Positions 60,451 to 64,000 of a DNA stretch of 64,000 bases are shown here, piece by piece. The notes under the pieces are model-generated. The model saw nothing but the letters and a program-made list of their open reading frames with translations, did not search any database and was not told where the DNA came from. This DNA is from Utricularia gibba (lineage: Eukaryota; Plantae; Magnoliophyta). The position numbers and the translations under genes are program-made. Each line of letters opens with the position of its first letter. Position 1 is the stretch's first letter. The DNA is taken from positions 1,302,001 through 1,366,000 of the forward strand of contig NEEC01000010.1 of assembly GCA_002189035.1 (NCBI GenBank), written 5' to 3'.

Positions 60451-62745
60451 TTAGTTGACGTCGAGATGGCCTCTAATCATCCAATGAGATTCTATAATGA
60501 TTGAGTTACGAGAGAAAAATGATCTACAACGTCATTCCTTCCATCATGTCACCTAGGCCCGCGACCCATCTGCGCAGCCGGGTGGGTAAACTCAAGGAAA
60601 ATATTGTGTGATAAGTGATGGTACAAGTGCTTGCTGCTCAAACACTTTGTAGACATGGAACAACTCTAGCATGGTCAGTCACCCAGTGAAGACAATATAA
60701 CAATATTATCAATATATATATTGAAACATTATGAATCTAAAATAAGATATACATAATACAAGTATCCTTTCATATGAAAAGTGTTCAATATAATCTCCAT
60801 AAATAAAAAGATATAATAAAAGCAAGCAAGTTTAACACTCATTGTCTCCTTTTTCTAAATACTAACTTTTTTTATATGATACTTCAAATAATAAGTGTTT
60901 AACAAATCAAATCTTAAATTCAAAAGAAATAATACTTCAGAAAAATAAGAAGTTGGTACTCAAATAACAAATATATTTGCAATCCAAATTATAAAAAATG
61001 ATGTCATACTCATAGAACAAAAAAAGAAATGAAAGTGATGAACCACTAAACATCACAAACAAAGTTGATAAATATAAAGTTTTACAAGAACTCAAGAAAA
61101 TAACAATATTCTTAAAATACATAACAACAAGAATCGTTCTTAAAAAAGAGCGATACCCTTCTTATATAGATATAATATTTGATATATTCAAAAGAAAAAT
61201 AAAAATAATGTACATGAGATTGATTGGCCTTCTTAAGTTGATTCACTTTAAGCAGATTAAATTTAATGTCAAATACTTTATTGTTTTGTTGATTAACTCA
61301 TAATACTTTAAACAACTTTTGACTCCTTCTTGATGTTGATTTAGTAATTGATACAAATGAAATCAGTGTAGGATTATTAACTTTTTTACTTCATCTTCAT
61401 TATGATCATTTTTAATATTCATGATCTTATCACTTTTGGCAATGTAAGAAACAAGTTATTCCAACTAAAAATTATATTATTAATTGAATTAAACACTTAC
61501 ACTAAAGCAAAAGTTGAAAATTCATGTAATGGATCCATAGATTTGAGTGTTAGAAACATATTTTCATGAATTTGGCACTTAATATGAAATAATGAGTATT
61601 GCATAATTTTTTCAAGAAAAGTAATATTTTCTTTATTGATGTTGATGTTAACTCTATTCAAAGAATATAATACAATAACATATTGTTATCCTTATAGTCA
61701 ACATTAGACATGATGATCGAAAACTAATGGCATTTGCATAAACGGTTGTCACATCATGATCTGAATCTCAATAATTTGATCCGAGCAATAAATTGTTTAC
61801 CTTGAGGCAATTATCATGAAGACATAATTCTTATTGAATATTTATTTATTTGTGTTACATTGCAAATAATGATATTATTCATCTAACTATCAAAATAAAG
61901 ACGATCCAAAAATATATAATGTTTCATTCATTCTCTAGGTATTGTAGCACATATCTCATATATCAGATAGGGTTAGATAGAGTCTTGTCCCTACCTTATT
62001 TCTTAAAAATGATTAATAATATTTTTAATTATTTATTTTAAAATACCTTATTTTGGTCTTCCCATCATTTTTGATCATGTTACGCTACTGCCCTATATTT
62101 AGATATTATGTAATAATTAATTTGCATATTTTTGTATTATATAACTTGTTCTTTACGGTAATAGTCAAAGTCAATGAAATGTGTTATTCAATATTTATGT
62201 AAATGATGAAGAACAATGTCTTCCATGAGTAAAAAAATAAAAAAAAAAAACAATAAATTAGATGACAAACAAAAATAGTGAAAAAAAAAAACGAGCAATG
62301 CATGCTTTGGAAGTGGAGTTCAAAAGCTGGATGCAGCATGAATTTTATGATTGAAGTCAGAATCATGCAGTCGAATAAGGATAAAATTATTGTTAGGGAT
62401 TTTCACAAGTTTAAAATTCGAGAATGAAATAATAAATTATTAAAAAAATGATGTAATTTTGTAATTTAAGATAAAATTGTAGCAAAATGAACTATTACTA
62501 CATGACAAATTTCCAAACCAAGAAATAAATATGGAAAGTAATGCATTTTTCCCTCAAAAAATTAAAAAAAATGAGAAAAAAATTCATTATATTTTATAAA
62601 CACAGCAGCATTGCTTTGTGGTAGTGAGATGGGATACATGTACCACATAAAATTCACAAACACAATATCAAATGCTCCTCCCTCAGGTTCACAGACTCTG
62701 AACCAGGAATCTGTTTGGCCCACTCTCACCCGCCTGTGAATAAAC

Positions 62746-62915
62746 AAAAATCTAAGCTTTATCCCTTCGATTCCCCGCTTCTCCAATTGCATGAGATGTT
62801 GAAATCTAAGCCAGCCAATCAGAGCTCGAGGAGCTTTCTCACAAGATAAAACAGCTATTCTTCGCATGCCAAGGAAGCATAGCCTCTCAGTGGTGTTAAC
62901 CCCTTTCGACACGTG
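62746..62915 (+). promoter_or_regulatory. Light/clock motif cluster upstream of CHLH
   Basis: AAAAATCT (CCA1-binding site) 62746-62753; CCAAT 62783 and 62815; G-box CACGTG 62910-62915. Motif match only. Confidence 0.5.
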
Positions 62916-63133
62916 TCTCTCTTCCTCTCCACTAACGAGTGGAGCCAACTTTGCTGCTTCACTTCATTTCCATTGCACCCCATCTGAGGAATATAAGTGA
63001 AAACTGGGAGCACTTCTCCGTTGAAAGCTTCGTGTTGAAGCACCACGAATTTTGCTAACCCAGATTCTTGGGTTGTGTTTGATCCTATTGTTTTAGGATT
63101 TATTCAGACCTTGCTTGTTTTTTTTTTTGAGCT

Positions 63134-64000
63134 ATGGCTTCCTTGGTTTCATCACCATTTACTCTTTCAAACCCAAAAGTTGAGCATCTTTCATCGCTTT
63201 CTCAGAAGCATTACTTTCTGCACTCGTTTCTTCCCAAGAAATTCGGTGGAAACATCAAGCAAGCATCCCAAAGCTTCAAATGTGCTGCAATTGGAAATGG
63301 TTTGTTCACTCAAACCTCGCCGGAAGTTCGGAGAATATTACCGGAGAAATCAAGGGGACTCCCCACTGTGAAGGTTGTGTATGTTGTACTGGAAGCACAG
63401 TATCAGTCCTCACTCACAGCTGCAGTTCAGTCCCTCAACAGCAAAGGGGAGTTTGCGTCGTTTGAAGTTGTGGGCTATTTAGTTGAGGAGCTTAGAGATG
63501 AAAATACCTATAAAGCTTTCTGTAAAGATCTTGAAGATGCCAATATCTTTATTGGGTCATTGATTTTTGTGGAGGAATTAGCCTTGAAAATAAAGGCAGC
63601 TGTGGAGAAAGAAAGGGAGAGGCTTAACGCAGTTCTTGTTTTCCCATCAATGCCTGAGGTGATGAGGCTTAACAAATTGGGTTCTTTTAGTATGGCTCAG
63701 CTCGGACAGTCAAAGAGCCCATTTTTCCAGATGTTCAAGAAGAAGAACAAGTCATCTGCTGGTTTTGCTGACAGCATGCTAAAGCTTGTAAGAACTCTCC
63801 CTAAGGTTTTGAAGTATTTGCCAAGTGATAAGGCTCAAGATGCCAGATTGTATATCCTCAGCTTGCAGTTTTGGCTCGGAGGCTCGCCGGATAATCTTAC
63901 CAACTTCCTGAAGATGATTTCGGGGAATTATGTTCCTGCATTGAAATCAACGAAAGTTGAGTATTCCGATCCAGTTTTGTACTTGGATACAGGAATTTGG
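63134..64000 (+). CDS. CHLH: Magnesium chelatase subunit H, 5' part; runs off the window and is absent from the ORF track
   Basis: Uninterrupted frame from ATG 63134: [122 protein letters not shown]. Confidence 0.98.
   Translation, partial: MASLVSSPFTLSNPKVEHLSSLSQKHYFLHSFLPKKFGGNIKQASQSFKCAAIGNGLFTQTSPEVRRILPEKSRGLPTVKVVYVVLEAQYQSSLTAAVQSLNSKGEFASFEVVGYLVEELRDENTYKAFCKDLEDANIFIGSLIFVEELALKIKAAVEKERERLNAVLVFPSMPEVMRLNKLGSFSMAQLGQSKSPFFQMFKKKNKSSAGFADSMLKLVRTLPKVLKYLPSDKAQDARLYILSLQFWLGGSPDNLTNFLKMISGNYVPALKSTKVEYSDPVLYLDTGIW

Noticed and set aside
60550-60592. GC-rich hairpin next to CTAG (Helitron 3' end candidate); similar weak case at 33384-33405
   Set aside because: Hairpin spacing and the base after CTRR do not fit, and no TC 5' end could be assigned.
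60800-61900. Possible decayed coding remnant in AT-rich DNA (e.g. GKQFIARIKLLRFRS on the minus strand)
   Set aside because: Stops in all frames and no motif I can name. It would need TBLASTX.
1-64000. tRNA, rRNA, CRISPR arrays, organellar insertions
   Set aside because: No T-loop/cloverleaf, rRNA-like segment, regularly spaced repeat-spacer array or plastid/mitochondrial gene fragment was recognised by eye.

Overview
Gene-dense plant nuclear DNA (eudicot-like) with short introns and AT-rich spacers. I can support 17 spliced or single-exon protein genes: HMA/NaKR-like, PPR At5g14080-like, ERGIC3, TSJT1/DUF3700, CLP1, LNK1, an alpha/beta-hydrolase, two tandem type I metacaspases, UGT85A, a HAD hydrolase, a GRX-like Cys-rich protein, a TIGR01589 protein, MIZ1, PPR EMB2654-like, RRP12-like and the 5' end of CHLH. 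There is also a decayed TIGR01589 copy, a complete TRIM retrotransposon with two solo LTRs of the same family, and PIF/Harbinger (Tourist-like) elements. I saw no tRNA, rRNA, CRISPR or recognisable miRNA. Three things stand out. (1) The TRIM LTRs carry a U6/U3-type snRNA promoter layout: a USE-like ATCCCACATCG, exactly 24 nt, then TATA. (2) LNK1, UGT85A, RRP12 and possibly the HMA gene each have a frame break that one extra G/C in a G/C run repairs, which points to systematic assembly indels rather than pseudogenes. (3) The conserved MIZ1 motif GRKVTGTLFG is hidden in an alternative frame, suggesting a compensated frameshift. Homolog assignments and AGI numbers are from memory; no search was run.
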